DNA of 63,788 nucleotides, counting the filler, from Myxococcota bacterium (lineage in GTDB: Bacteria > Myxococcota > Myxococcia > Myxococcales > Myxococcaceae), in the NCBI GenBank assembly GCA_049322255.1. It is 3 parts of 3 records of this genome, joined end to end, with 100 filler letters (N's around TTAATTAATTAA, not from the genome) between each part and the next. Parts side by side here need not be neighbours in the genome. Positions count along the whole stretch, not along the records: positions 46,824 to 63,788 come from JBMORE010000094.1; 2 more parts are not named here. One strand, given 5' to 3'. Every line of letters starts with the position of its first letter. Position 1 is the first letter of the stretch. Position numbers and translations under genes: made by a program. Below the pieces are notes generated by a model that was given only the letters and a program-made list of their open reading frames with translations, was not told the DNA's origin and did not search any database. Positions 52,686 through 63,788 of the stretch are shown piece after piece.

Positions 52686-53236
52686 AGAGCGACCACCTCT
52701 TGGACCTCGGGAATCTCCTGGCGCAGGCGCTCCTCGATTCCCATTTTCAGGGTCATCGTCGACGAGGGGCAGCCGCTGCACGAACCCTTCATGTTCAAGT
52801 AGACGATGCCTTGTTCGAACCGCTCGAGGGTGATGTCCCCGCCATCCATCATCACCGCGGGCCGAATCTCCGCCTCGAGAATGTCGCGGATGCGCGTCTC
52901 CACTTCCCCACCCCCTGCCGCCTCCTTCGCCTCGAGCGCCTCCGGGAGAACCACCACCTCACCCGCATCGAGGTGTTCTTGCATCGTGGCCAAGACTGCG
53001 TCGTTGAGCTCGTCCCACTCGCCCTCCTCGCCCTTGGTGATGGTGACGAAGGTCTTGCCAATCATCACCGCGGTCACCCCGGTCAACCCCATCAGCTTGT
53101 GCGCCAGCGGCGACTGCGCCGCGGCCATCTCGGGGTCGGTGAACTGCAGCGCACCCCTGGGGAGCAAGCGCACGTCCGTCACGTACTTGAGCGTGCTGGG
53201 GTTGGGAGTCCACTCGAGCTGGATGTTCACGGCCAT
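52682..53236 (-). CDS. NifU/NfuA-type Fe-S carrier
   Basis: TPNPSTLK (Nfu N-domain), IRPAVMMDGGDI, GSCSGCPSS, TLKMGIE. Confidence 0.93.
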   Translation of the reverse strand: MAVNIQLEWTPNPSTLKYVTDVRLLPRGALQFTDPEMAAAQSPLAHKLMGLTGVTAVMIGKTFVTITKGEEGEWDELNDAVLATMQEHLDAGEVVVLPEALEAKEAAGGGEVETRIRDILEAEIRPAVMMDGGDITLERFEQGIVYLNMKGSCSGCPSSTMTLKMGIEERLRQEIPEVQEVVAL

Positions 53237-53282
53237 GAGGTCACCTCGTCACACATCCTCTAAGGGACGCGCGGCTCAAGAA

Positions 53283-54323
53283 TCAACTGCCCAACGCGTT
53301 GGCTAGCTGGAGTTCCATCTCCAGCGGCATCAGCTCGAGCTCGGGAATGGCTTCGATCTCCCCTCGCTTGGAGGCGACCGGTCGTCCCCGTCCTGGCGGG
53401 GGCAGAAGCTCGTTGGCCTGCCGCAGGTGGCCCACCAGCTGGCGAGCGACCATGTCCACCAAGTGGAAAGCGAAGCGGTGTCCGGTGGCGAAGAGAGCAT
53501 CGAAGTCGGCGTCAGCCAACCGCAAGAGCCGCGCCGGCCCGGTGGTGATGCAGCTGGCCGAGCGCAGCCCCCCGTCGATCGCCGACACCAACCCAAAGAG
53601 CGCCCCTGGCCCCAAGTTGGACAACGTCTGGCCGTTGCGCCCCACGCTCACTTCACCGCTCACCACGAAGTACGCGGCATCGGCCGGCTCTTTCTCGGCG
53701 AACACCGGAGTCACTCCCTCGACTTCCACCAGCCGCAGCTTCTGGGCCAGCGCCAGCTTTACCGTCGCCGGCAAGGGACGAAGCTGGGGCAGCTCGTCGA
53801 GCACCTCGATGCCGGGCATCTGGCCGACGGGCAGTGCTGGCGCGCGCACGTGGTGCGGGCTGGGAGGAACGATGCGATCCGAGGTGGCGCGCAGCTTGCG
53901 GCACAGGTCGATGCAGATGCGACGCAGCACCTTGAACGCCGCGGGGGTGTGGCTTTGGCGCAGCACTTGGAACTCGGTGGCGTCAATCTGGTGGGCGGGG
54001 CCGCCCTGCATCACCACCGCCGTTCCCGAGCGCGGGCCATCATCGACCAGCGCCATTTCCCCCACCACCTCCCCTTCCTTGGCGTAGGCCACCACTACCG
54101 GCCGCTTGGCTTCTTGGGGAGTGACCGAGATGGAGACTTCGGTGCCCTTGCCCAACACCCACATCGCCGTTCCCGGCGTGCCTTCACGAAAGAGTACCTC
54201 GCCGCTTTGCAGCTCCACCGGGCGCAACAGGCGCAAAATGTCCATCAGGTCGTCAGGCTCGACCAAAGAGAACAGGGGAATGGACTTGATGAACTGCTCG
54301 AGCGCAGGGCTGGAGGTCGCCAT
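53283..54323 (-). CDS. Tandem cyclic-nucleotide-binding domain protein
   Basis: GEMALVDDGPRSGTA and FGLVSAIDGGLRSASC cassettes; no HTH seen. Confidence 0.85.
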   Translation of the reverse strand: MATSSPALEQFIKSIPLFSLVEPDDLMDILRLLRPVELQSGEVLFREGTPGTAMWVLGKGTEVSISVTPQEAKRPVVVAYAKEGEVVGEMALVDDGPRSGTAVVMQGGPAHQIDATEFQVLRQSHTPAAFKVLRRICIDLCRKLRATSDRIVPPSPHHVRAPALPVGQMPGIEVLDELPQLRPLPATVKLALAQKLRLVEVEGVTPVFAEKEPADAAYFVVSGEVSVGRNGQTLSNLGPGALFGLVSAIDGGLRSASCITTGPARLLRLADADFDALFATGHRFAFHLVDMVARQLVGHLRQANELLPPPGRGRPVASKRGEIEAIPELELMPLEMELQLANALGS

Positions 54324-54387
54324 GGGGACTTGAGGGCATGTCTACCACGGTCCCTTCCCTTCGCGGGGCTTAGGCTAGACTGGCGTC

Positions 54388-55800
54388 ATGCGACTATTCC
54401 TTTTCCTCCTCCTCGCCGCGGTGCCAGCGGCAGCCGCTCCACGCATCTCCGTCATTCCTTTCAGCGGCCCGAGCGCGGGCACCTCACGCAGCCAGCTCGT
54501 CGAAGCCCTGTGCGAGACCGCCGAGTGCTTGCCGCAGGGCAAAGTCACCTCGCGCAACCGCCCCGATTGGAAGAAGGTCTCGCGGGAGAAGGTCGACTTC
54601 CTCGTCGCTGGCAAGGTGGTGAAGGTGAAGCGCAAGCAGTTCCTCGAGGTGACCGTGTATGCCGGACCGGGAGCACCCGAGTACAAGAAGCGCTTTCCAT
54701 TGAGCCGCGGGCGCCTCGCGGGAAAATCGCTGGTGGCGATCACCAAGGCTCTCGAGAAGCTGTACGCCAAGGCAGCGCCAGAGCCGGAGCCGGAACCGGA
54801 ACCAGACCCCGAGCCGGTGGCCGAAACCGAACCAGCCACCGAAGCCGAACCCGAAGCGAAAGAAGACGAGCGGCCCCCTGAGGAAAAGAAGAGCGACGAG
54901 GGGCTTTCCGACTCGGCGTCGCGCAGCGAGCGGCTGGCGAGCACGAGCGAGGACAAAGACGACCGCAAGGCAGCCGATGCCGAGGTGCGTGAAGACGAGG
55001 GCGACGACCAGGAGCGGCGGCGACCGGCGAGGGATTCGTTTCTTTCCATCGAGATCGGCCCCGACCTCTTGCGCCGCAGCCTGCAGTACTCCCAGGTGCA
55101 GACTCCCAACCTGCGCTCATACAGCGCCGACTTGATCGTCGCTCCCCGGGTCAGAGTTGAGCTTTACCCACTGGCTGCCGCCTCGGGACTGATCTCGGGC
55201 CTGGGAGTCGAGGGAAGCTACGCCATGGCGGTCGGTCTCAAGTCCCGCCCAACGCTCAACTGCGAGCCAGCGATTGTCGCTTCTCAGCCCAGCGGGTGCC
55301 TCTCTTACCCCACCTCCCTGAGCACGCTCGAGGTGGCCGGCAAGCTACGGATTCGCCCGCTCACCGGCTCGCAGGCCGCGGTGGTGCCGACGGTGGGGTT
55401 TCGCAACGCCAGCTTCGCGGTGGGCGCCGCCTCCGATGGGTCGACGCTCGCCGGGCTGCCGAAGATCGCCTACACCGCCGCGTTGGTCGGAGCCGGCTTC
55501 GAGGCGCCTTTCTCGGAGGGGCGGTTTTCCGCCTTCGGTCGCTTCGCCTACTTGCCCGTGCTTTCAGCGGGAGAGATTTTGAGCGCCGCCTACTTCCCCA
55601 ATGGCTCGGCGTCGGGCCTCGACGTTCACTTGGGGATAGGCTTTCGCGTGCTGCCCAACCTCGAGGCTCGGCTCGTCGGGCAGTTCGCCCGCTACGGGCT
55701 TCAGTTTCAGACCCAGGCCAGCGACACCTACATCGCCTCCGGCGCGGTGGATCAATACGTCGGCGGGAACCTGGCCGTTCGCTACCACTTCGGCGGCTGA
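54388..55800 (+). CDS. Secreted protein with C-terminal outer-membrane beta-barrel
   Basis: Signal peptide, (EP)n acidic linker, amphipathic strands ending VRYHF. Confidence 0.75.
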   Translation: MRLFLFLLLAAVPAAAAPRISVIPFSGPSAGTSRSQLVEALCETAECLPQGKVTSRNRPDWKKVSREKVDFLVAGKVVKVKRKQFLEVTVYAGPGAPEYKKRFPLSRGRLAGKSLVAITKALEKLYAKAAPEPEPEPEPDPEPVAETEPATEAEPEAKEDERPPEEKKSDEGLSDSASRSERLASTSEDKDDRKAADAEVREDEGDDQERRRPARDSFLSIEIGPDLLRRSLQYSQVQTPNLRSYSADLIVAPRVRVELYPLAAASGLISGLGVEGSYAMAVGLKSRPTLNCEPAIVASQPSGCLSYPTSLSTLEVAGKLRIRPLTGSQAAVVPTVGFRNASFAVGAASDGSTLAGLPKIAYTAALVGAGFEAPFSEGRFSAFGRFAYLPVLSAGEILSAAYFPNGSASGLDVHLGIGFRVLPNLEARLVGQFARYGLQFQTQASDTYIASGAVDQYVGGNLAVRYHFGG

Positions 55801-55920
55801 ACCGACCGCTCGCTCGGTCTTCAAGCGCAGACCGGCCCACACCGCACCGCACTCGTAACATTCCACCCTCCGAGGAACAGGTGGAACACGGCGCGGCAAG
55901 GCGTAGACTGACGCTTCTTC

Positions 55921-57951
55921 GTGAACGGCTTCGAAGTCTTGCGCAAGCTCGCCGACGGTTCTGCCGCGGAGGTTTTCCTCGCGCGAGACGAGTCGTCTCA
56001 GAACCGGGTGGTGCTCGAGGTGATTCGCCCCGAGCTGTGCACAGACATGGAGGTGTACGGGCGGTTCCTCGACGAAGCGAAGGAGCGCCAGACGCTCGCG
56101 CACCCCAACTTATTGCGACGCCAGAGCACCGGGTGTGGAAAAGATGGGCGGCTGTACGCGGTGACCGAGCCGCTCGACGGCGAGCACCTGGGCAGCTGGT
56201 TGGTGGCGAACGGGCCCCTCTCGCCCTCCGAAATGGTGCGGTTGACGTTGCCGTTGTGCGACGCGCTCGAGTACTTGCACCGCAAGGGGCTCATCCATGG
56301 TCACCTGCGCCCTTCGAACGTTTTCCTCTTCGGCACGCGTACGCACTTGGTGCCCAAGCTGCATGACACCGGGCTCACCCTCTTTCGCTCCACCCGTTCG
56401 GTGATGAGCCCTGCGTCGATCGTCTTGGTCGAGCCCGAATACCTCTCGCCCGAGCGAATTCGCGGGCAGCGCGCCAGCGCGCTCTCCGACATCTACGGCA
56501 TGGGCGTGTTGATGTACGAGGCGCTCACCGGGCGGCCCCCGTTCACCTCGGCCGATCCCGCGCAGACGCGGCGCAAACACCTCGAGGAGGAGCCCTCTTC
56601 CCTGCCCGCTTCGGCCGAACGGCTCTCGTCGATCATCCTGCGCTGTTTGGCGAAGAACCCGGTGCGGCGTTTCCCTTCCGCGGCGGCGCTGCGGCAAGCG
56701 CTGACGCACCACGCCGGCGACTCGGCGAGCCCTCCTGTACCGTTGGTACGAGTGAAGTCTCGCACGGCCACGACGGCCATCGATGAACCGACCCTCGCCG
56801 TCGACGTCCAGCCTCCTCCACCTCCCACTGAAGCGTTGGTGGTGGGCGAGCCGGTGGGCGACATCATCGGCAACTACGAGCTCCTCGACGTGCTCGGCCA
56901 GGGTGGCATGGGGCGGGTGTTCCTCGCCCGGCACGTGCGACTGGGAAGGAAGGTGGCGCTGAAGATTCTCAAGCCCGAGCTGGCGGGCGACCCCACGCAG
57001 GTGGCGCGCTTCTTCCAAGAGGGGCAGGCGGTGGGGCGCATCAACCACCCGCACATCGTCGAGTTTTACGACTTCGTCGAAGAGCCTCGCTCGCAGGGCG
57101 GGCGCATCTACTACGTGATGGAGGCGCTGGTCGGAAAGACGCTGCGCGACGTGGTGCGCCAAGGGCCGGTGCGGTTGCCTCGCGCGGTGCGCATCGTGCG
57201 GCAGGTCGCGCAGGCGCTGACCGCCGCGCACCAGGTCGGGGTAGTGCACCGCGACGTGAAGCCCGACAACATCTTTCTCACCGAGCGGGAGGGAGAGGAC
57301 TTCGTCAAGGTGCTCGACTTCGGCGTGGCCAAGCTGCGCTCGTCCGAGACTTTCAGCGGGGCCACCCAGTCGGGGATGGTGGTGGGTACGCCCTCGTACA
57401 TGGCGCCGGAACAGGCCCTCGGCGAGGCGGTCGACCCTCGCGCCGACGTGTATTCTCTGATGAGCGTTCTCTACTCGCTTCTTCGCGGCAAACCACCCTT
57501 CGAGGCGAGCTCTTTGGGAGCGCTGATGGCAAAGTTGGTGACCCAGCCGGCGCTGCCTTTGCCTGAGCGGAGCGCTGCGGGCGATGTGATTCCGCTCGAC
57601 TTACGCGCGCTGGTGGCGTGCTGCCTATCGAAGAAGCCCCGCCAACGGGTGCAGACGATGGCCGAGCTCGCCCAGCTCTTGGCACCCTTCGAAGCAGCGC
57701 CGCCTGCGCCTTTGACCCGGGAGCCGCCTCGCCGACGTCGACCTGCTCGGAGGCTTTTTTGGATCGTTTGGGCGATGGCGCTGGCGGCCCTCGCCGCTGC
57801 TTGGGCAACGTTCCAGTACTTCGCTGAACGTGTGCGGTCACCGCCGGCGGCCGAATCCCACCGTGTGCTGAACGTGCCCGTGGAAGTCGATGGACCTCCG
57901 GTGGTGAAGGACCCAGCCACCCAACCGGGCAAGAAGCAACGTCGACGTTGA
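55921..57951 (+). CDS. Pseudokinase-kinase tandem Ser/Thr kinase with TM
   Basis: Domain 1: VVLE/HGHLRPSN/DTG; domain 2: GQGGMG/VALK/HRDVKPDN/DFG/YMAPE. Confidence 0.9.
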   Translation: MNGFEVLRKLADGSAAEVFLARDESSQNRVVLEVIRPELCTDMEVYGRFLDEAKERQTLAHPNLLRRQSTGCGKDGRLYAVTEPLDGEHLGSWLVANGPLSPSEMVRLTLPLCDALEYLHRKGLIHGHLRPSNVFLFGTRTHLVPKLHDTGLTLFRSTRSVMSPASIVLVEPEYLSPERIRGQRASALSDIYGMGVLMYEALTGRPPFTSADPAQTRRKHLEEEPSSLPASAERLSSIILRCLAKNPVRRFPSAAALRQALTHHAGDSASPPVPLVRVKSRTATTAIDEPTLAVDVQPPPPPTEALVVGEPVGDIIGNYELLDVLGQGGMGRVFLARHVRLGRKVALKILKPELAGDPTQVARFFQEGQAVGRINHPHIVEFYDFVEEPRSQGGRIYYVMEALVGKTLRDVVRQGPVRLPRAVRIVRQVAQALTAAHQVGVVHRDVKPDNIFLTEREGEDFVKVLDFGVAKLRSSETFSGATQSGMVVGTPSYMAPEQALGEAVDPRADVYSLMSVLYSLLRGKPPFEASSLGALMAKLVTQPALPLPERSAAGDVIPLDLRALVACCLSKKPRQRVQTMAELAQLLAPFEAAPPAPLTREPPRRRRPARRLFWIVWAMALAALAAAWATFQYFAERVRSPPAAESHRVLNVPVEVDGPPVVKDPATQPGKKQRRR

Positions 57952-57962
57952 AGGAGCTCTTC

Positions 57963-58084
57963 ATGAAAAAACTCGTTCTGTTCGCCGTGTTCACCTTCGC
58001 CTCGGCAACCTTCGCGCAGGTCGAGGTGCACATCGCCACTCCCGTGGTGCGCTTCGAGATACCGCCTCCGTTGGTGGTGGTCAG
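57963..58084 (+). CDS. Secreted protein N-terminus (partial, runs into gap)
   Basis: AAGGAG SD; MKKLVLFAVFTFASATFA then VRFEIPPPLVVV. Confidence 0.65.
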
Positions 58085-58184
58085 NNNNNNNNNNNNNNNN
58101 NNNNNNNNNNNNNNNNNNNNNNNNNNNNNNNNNNNNNNNNNNNNNNNNNNNNNNNNNNNNNNNNNNNNNNNNNNNNNNNNNNNN
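58085..58184. other. Scaffold gap (100 N)
   Basis: Plain N-run without a spacer. Confidence 0.95.
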
Positions 58185-59320
58185 ATCGACGCCTGGGTGA
58201 TGTGCACGTACGCCGGGTTCATCACCACCGAGTGATGGGCGAGGAGCCGGTGGTCACCGACGATGCCTTCGGCCTTCAGGTCTTCAAGGACGCGCGCGCG
58301 CAGTTGCTCGACGTCGATGGTCGCGTCGTGGGAAAAGCCCAGCTCGACGTAGAGGCTCATGCGATCGGTACCGAAGATGTTGTCGTAGAACCCCACCCGG
58401 TAGAAGGAGCGTTCGCGCGCGGGGTAGTAAACCCAGTGGACGTCCTTGGGACCCTTCTCATCGAAGCCCAGGTTGAACACGAGCACCTTGTTCCAGGAGA
58501 ACACGCTCGGGGTGTGACGAACGCCACACCAGCCGAGCAACTGAGGGAACGGGGCTGAGGACACCAGCCGCTCGAAGCGCAGCTGCCGACGAGGAGTACG
58601 CGCCACTCGCCCCGCCAGGTCGATAGAGAGCAAGGGCTCGCCGAGGGCGATGGCTCCCTCCCGTACCGCGCTCTGGAGCGCCTTCACGTACTCGATGGCG
58701 CCGCCTTCGGGGTAAGTGAAGGTCGAGTTGTAACTCTGGTTGTTCGCCACCCTCATGTTGGCAATGACGTCCGTCAGGTCGGCGTGGGGGAAGAAGCGAC
58801 CCATGGCGTCCTTGTCGAGGCTCGTCAGATCGCACGCATAGAGCTTCTCATTGTAGGGGATGAGGAATTTCTCGGCGATGGCCCGGCCATAGCGCGCGTA
58901 CAGCATCTGTTTGAAATTGTTCTCGGGCAGAGGCGACGTCACGCCGGGCGCGCGGGCGAAGTACAGGTCCACCAGGCACTCGATGAACTCCGTTTGCGGC
59001 AGTTGGTGGATGTTTTTCTGGAAGGGAAAGTCGACCAGCCGCCCTCCGTAAGAGACGAAGGAGCGCTTCTCCACTACGCGCACCCGCTGCTGCCCCATGC
59101 GCGCGCGCAGCCAGCTTTCGATGTCCGGCCGCTTGAAGTGAAAGAAGTGGCCCGAGTAGTCCCACACGAAGCCTTCGCGACGTACTGTTTTGCAGTAGCC
59201 GCCTATCTCGGCGTCGGCCTCCAGCACCAGATAGTCGCCATCTCCCCGCTCGGAGAGGGCCGCAGCGGTCGCCAGGCCGCTCACGCCCGCGCCCACGATG
59301 AGGGTCCGCACCGAGTCCAT
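58185..59320 (-). CDS. FAD-dependent oxidoreductase (protoporphyrinogen oxidase/UDP-galactopyranose mutase-like; 3' truncated)
   Basis: [35 protein letters not shown]. Confidence 0.82.
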
Positions 59321-59459
59321 CGGCCGCATTTAACGGGCCGCGCGGCCTCCTGTCTCCTATCCATCGCCTAAACCAAGGAAACGGCGCAACGCCTGCGCGG
59401 TGGCTCGCTTTGAAGCAGCGGCGCGCGGCCATCGGTCAGGAAACTGGTATTTTTCTTTC

Positions 59460-59792
59460 ATGGCTCCCAAGCGCCCCCAGGAAGAGAGCGACACCGGGGT
59501 GGTGACCCAAACCCGGAAGAAGGAGAAGCTGCAGAAGCCTCCGCTTTACAAAGTGCTCTTCCACAACGACAACTACACCACGATGGAGTTCGTGGTAGCG
59601 GTGCTGCGCGAGGTCTTCCACAAGTCGGAGTCCGACGCGGTGGCCATCATGCTCAACGTCCATAAGACCGGCGTGGGGGTGGCGGGCGTCTATACACACG
59701 ACATCGCCCAGACGAAGATTCGCACCACAGAGAAGCTGGCGCGGGACCAGGAGTACCCGTTACGGCTGACGATGGAACCGGAGGAGCTCTAA
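59460..59792 (+). CDS. clpS: ATP-dependent Clp protease adaptor
   Basis: PPLYKVLFHNDNYTTMEFVV, MLNVHKTG, YPLRLTMEP. Confidence 0.97.
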   Translation: MAPKRPQEESDTGVVTQTRKKEKLQKPPLYKVLFHNDNYTTMEFVVAVLREVFHKSESDAVAIMLNVHKTGVGVAGVYTHDIAQTKIRTTEKLARDQEYPLRLTMEPEEL

Positions 59793-59797
59793 AGACC

Positions 59798-62089
<2,292 letters not shown>

Positions 62090-62113
62090 GGGCGACCACT
62101 CAGGGTCAGCTCT

Positions 62114-62749
62114 CTAGACCTCAAACAATCGGGGAGCCTCTTCGCGAAAGTACGCCTTGATTCGCTTCCAGAGAGCTGGCGTGAGGCCGGCGGGCGCGCG
62201 CGGATCGGTTTCGGCGTCTTCGAACCAGGTGAGGGCGCGTTGAACGTGGTAGAGGTCAGCCTCGCTTCGACCAAAACGGCGGCGATACGCACGCGCCGCC
62301 TCGGTGAGTGAGACTCCCGCGCGTGCGATTTCGTAGAGATCCCAAAAGTCTCGTTTGATTCCTCGCCGGGCAATCGCCGCGAGCTTCATGGCCGCGAGGT
62401 CGCGCAGGCCAGCGACCGGAACCCCTTTAGGTCCAGGCAGGGGCTTCTCGAGGAGCGGATAGGGGTATTTGACGAGGTCGACAGGAACGCCACCGACCTT
62501 GAGGGCGAGCAAGACGTCCGTCGCGTCGACCACCTCGACGCCACGACTCTGGCGAGTGCCCAAGCGTACCTTTCGAAGGGACGTGCGCTCCGTCTTCGAG
62601 AAGAAATCGAGGTCGAGGGAACGCCGGTGGCCCAAGTGCCAAGCGATCGCCGAAGCACCCGCCAGGTAGAACTGGTCGATGCCAGGTAACTTTTTTACTC
62701 GATCCAGGGCGCGGAGCTGCTCCGGCGCCAGGCGGCGGGCCGTGGCCAC
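62114..62749 (-). CDS. AbiEii-family nucleotidyltransferase (putative toxin)
   Basis: FYLAGASAIA...HRRSLDLDFF, AMKLAAI..RG..RDFWDLY; GTG 62749 with a GGAGG SD. Confidence 0.85.
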   Translation of the reverse strand: MATARRLAPEQLRALDRVKKLPGIDQFYLAGASAIAWHLGHRRSLDLDFFSKTERTSLRKVRLGTRQSRGVEVVDATDVLLALKVGGVPVDLVKYPYPLLEKPLPGPKGVPVAGLRDLAAMKLAAIARRGIKRDFWDLYEIARAGVSLTEAARAYRRRFGRSEADLYHVQRALTWFEDAETDPRAPAGLTPALWKRIKAYFREEAPRLFEV

Positions 62750-63006
62750 TTCTCTCCCTCCGCGTGCAATGCCGCGCGCCAAAACGCCACGGTTCGCTCG
62801 CTGATCTCCGGGCTGCCGACGTTCTTGAAGAACGCATGGATTCGGTCTCGCCCATAAAAACGTAACGCCCACCGCACGTCGGCGAGTCGGCCATATTCAA
62901 CGATTGCGGCGATGACCATATCCGCGTCGCGGATCGGGTCGATGCGATCGAAATCGACGTTCCAAAAGAGCCACTTCAAGCGCTTGGGGAGGTGACCCGC
63001 TCTCAT
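62695..63006 (-). CDS. DUF6922-like small protein (putative antitoxin partner)
   Basis: LFWNVD, VI..IVEYG...D.RW...FYG; overlaps the AbiEii gene. Confidence 0.75.
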   Translation of the reverse strand: MRAGHLPKRLKWLFWNVDFDRIDPIRDADMVIAAIVEYGRLADVRWALRFYGRDRIHAFFKNVGSPEISERTVAFWRAALHAEGEKWPRPAAWRRSSSAPWIE

Positions 63007-63011
63007 CCTCC

Positions 63012-63788
63012 CTACTCCGCCTCGATCGGCGGCGCCCCCACCGCGTGGTAGCCGCCGTCGACGTGCACCATCTCACCGGTGGTGGAGAGGAACCAGTCGG
63101 AGAGCAGCGCGCACGCCGTCCTCGCCACCGCCTGGTGACAACGCTCGTCCTGCGCTGCCCAACCCATCGGCGCCTGCTTGCCCCACAGCTTCTCCAGTTG
63201 CTTGAAGCCGGGAATGCCCTTGGCCGCGATGGTCGCCAACGGGCCGGCAGCGAGCGCGTTGACCCGAATCTTCTTGGGGCCCAAGTCGCGCGCCAGATAG
63301 CGCACCGTGGCTTCCAACCCGGCCTTGCACACCCCCATCCAGTCGTAGATGGGCCACGCCACCTGGTTGTCGAAGTCGAGGGTGAGAATGGAACCACCCT
63401 CGGACATCAGCGGCGCCACCGCCACCGCCAGCTCCTTGAGCGAGAAGGTGGAGACGCGAAACGCGGTCTGCACGCTCTCCCAGGGAGTGTTGAGGAAATT
63501 GCCTCCGAGCGCGTCCTCCGGGGCGTAGGCCACGGCGTGGAGCGCTCCATCGAGCTTGCCCCACTTTTTCTTCAAAGAAGCGGTGAGGGCGGCAAAATGC
63601 GCGGGGTTGGTGACATCGAGCTCGAGCACCTCGGGGGAGGGAGAGAGCCGCTTGGCGCTGCGCTCGGTGAGGGACATCGCCCGCCCGAAGCTGGTCAACA
63701 CCAGCTCGGCGCCCTCCCGTTGGGCGGTCTCGGCGATGCCGAAGGCGATCGACTGCGGGGTGAGCACCCCGGTGATGAGAAGCTTCTT
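63012..63788 (-). CDS. fabI: Enoyl-ACP reductase (5' end beyond window)
   Basis: KKLLITGVLTPQSIAF, YDWMGVCK, RVNALAAGPL, GEMVHVDGG. Confidence 0.93.
   Translation of the reverse strand, partial: KKLLITGVLTPQSIAFGIAETAQREGAELVLTSFGRAMSLTERSAKRLSPSPEVLELDVTNPAHFAALTASLKKKWGKLDGALHAVAYAPEDALGGNFLNTPWESVQTAFRVSTFSLKELAVAVAPLMSEGGSILTLDFDNQVAWPIYDWMGVCKAGLEATVRYLARDLGPKKIRVNALAAGPLATIAAKGIPGFKQLEKLWGKQAPMGWAAQDERCHQAVARTACALLSDWFLSTTGEMVHVDGGYHAVGAPPIEAE

Noticed and set aside
57353..59329. 658-aa oxidoreductase ORF
   Set aside because: It is translated through the N gap; the part beyond the gap is antisense to other genes.

Overview
This GC-rich window is most consistent with a myxobacterium (Myxococcales), based on a MYXO-CTERM tail, many Ser/Thr kinases and PEGA/PilZ proteins. 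It is a draft assembly: two artificial contig joins (N-runs with a TTAATTAATTAA spacer at 23355-23454 and 46724-46823) and one plain N gap (58085-58184) break it, so synteny across these points is unproven. Segment 1 is mostly core housekeeping: pyrB-pyrC-carA, lepA-lepB, two NDP-sugar enzymes, a small RHH regulator, SPOR/LapB/HIT/ihfB/sppA/mnmA, a CCA-adding enzyme with tRNA-Arg(CCT), cysK and a sulfate ABC transporter. Segment 2 has yebC, an ECF sigma/anti-sigma cluster, kinases, a Fur-box-led iron-uptake-like operon, glmS-glmU and an AraC/MBL pair. Segment 3 has an 83-bp structured tandem array next to an orphan gene, an M20 peptidase, methyltransferases, nfuA, a pseudokinase-kinase fusion, clpS-clpA, an AbiEii-type TA-like pair and fabI. 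Best leads: (1) a CCA-less tRNA-Arg whose discriminator A is the A of the ATG of the CCA-adding enzyme gene, a possible processing-coupled autoregulatory device; (2) a Fur-controlled DUF4856-imelysin-TonB receptor operon carrying a vitamin K-dependent gamma-carboxylase homologue; (3) an ECF system with a small secreted protein that copies the anti-sigma tail; (4) the hairpin-forming 83-bp array. All family calls are by eye from motifs; no searches were run.
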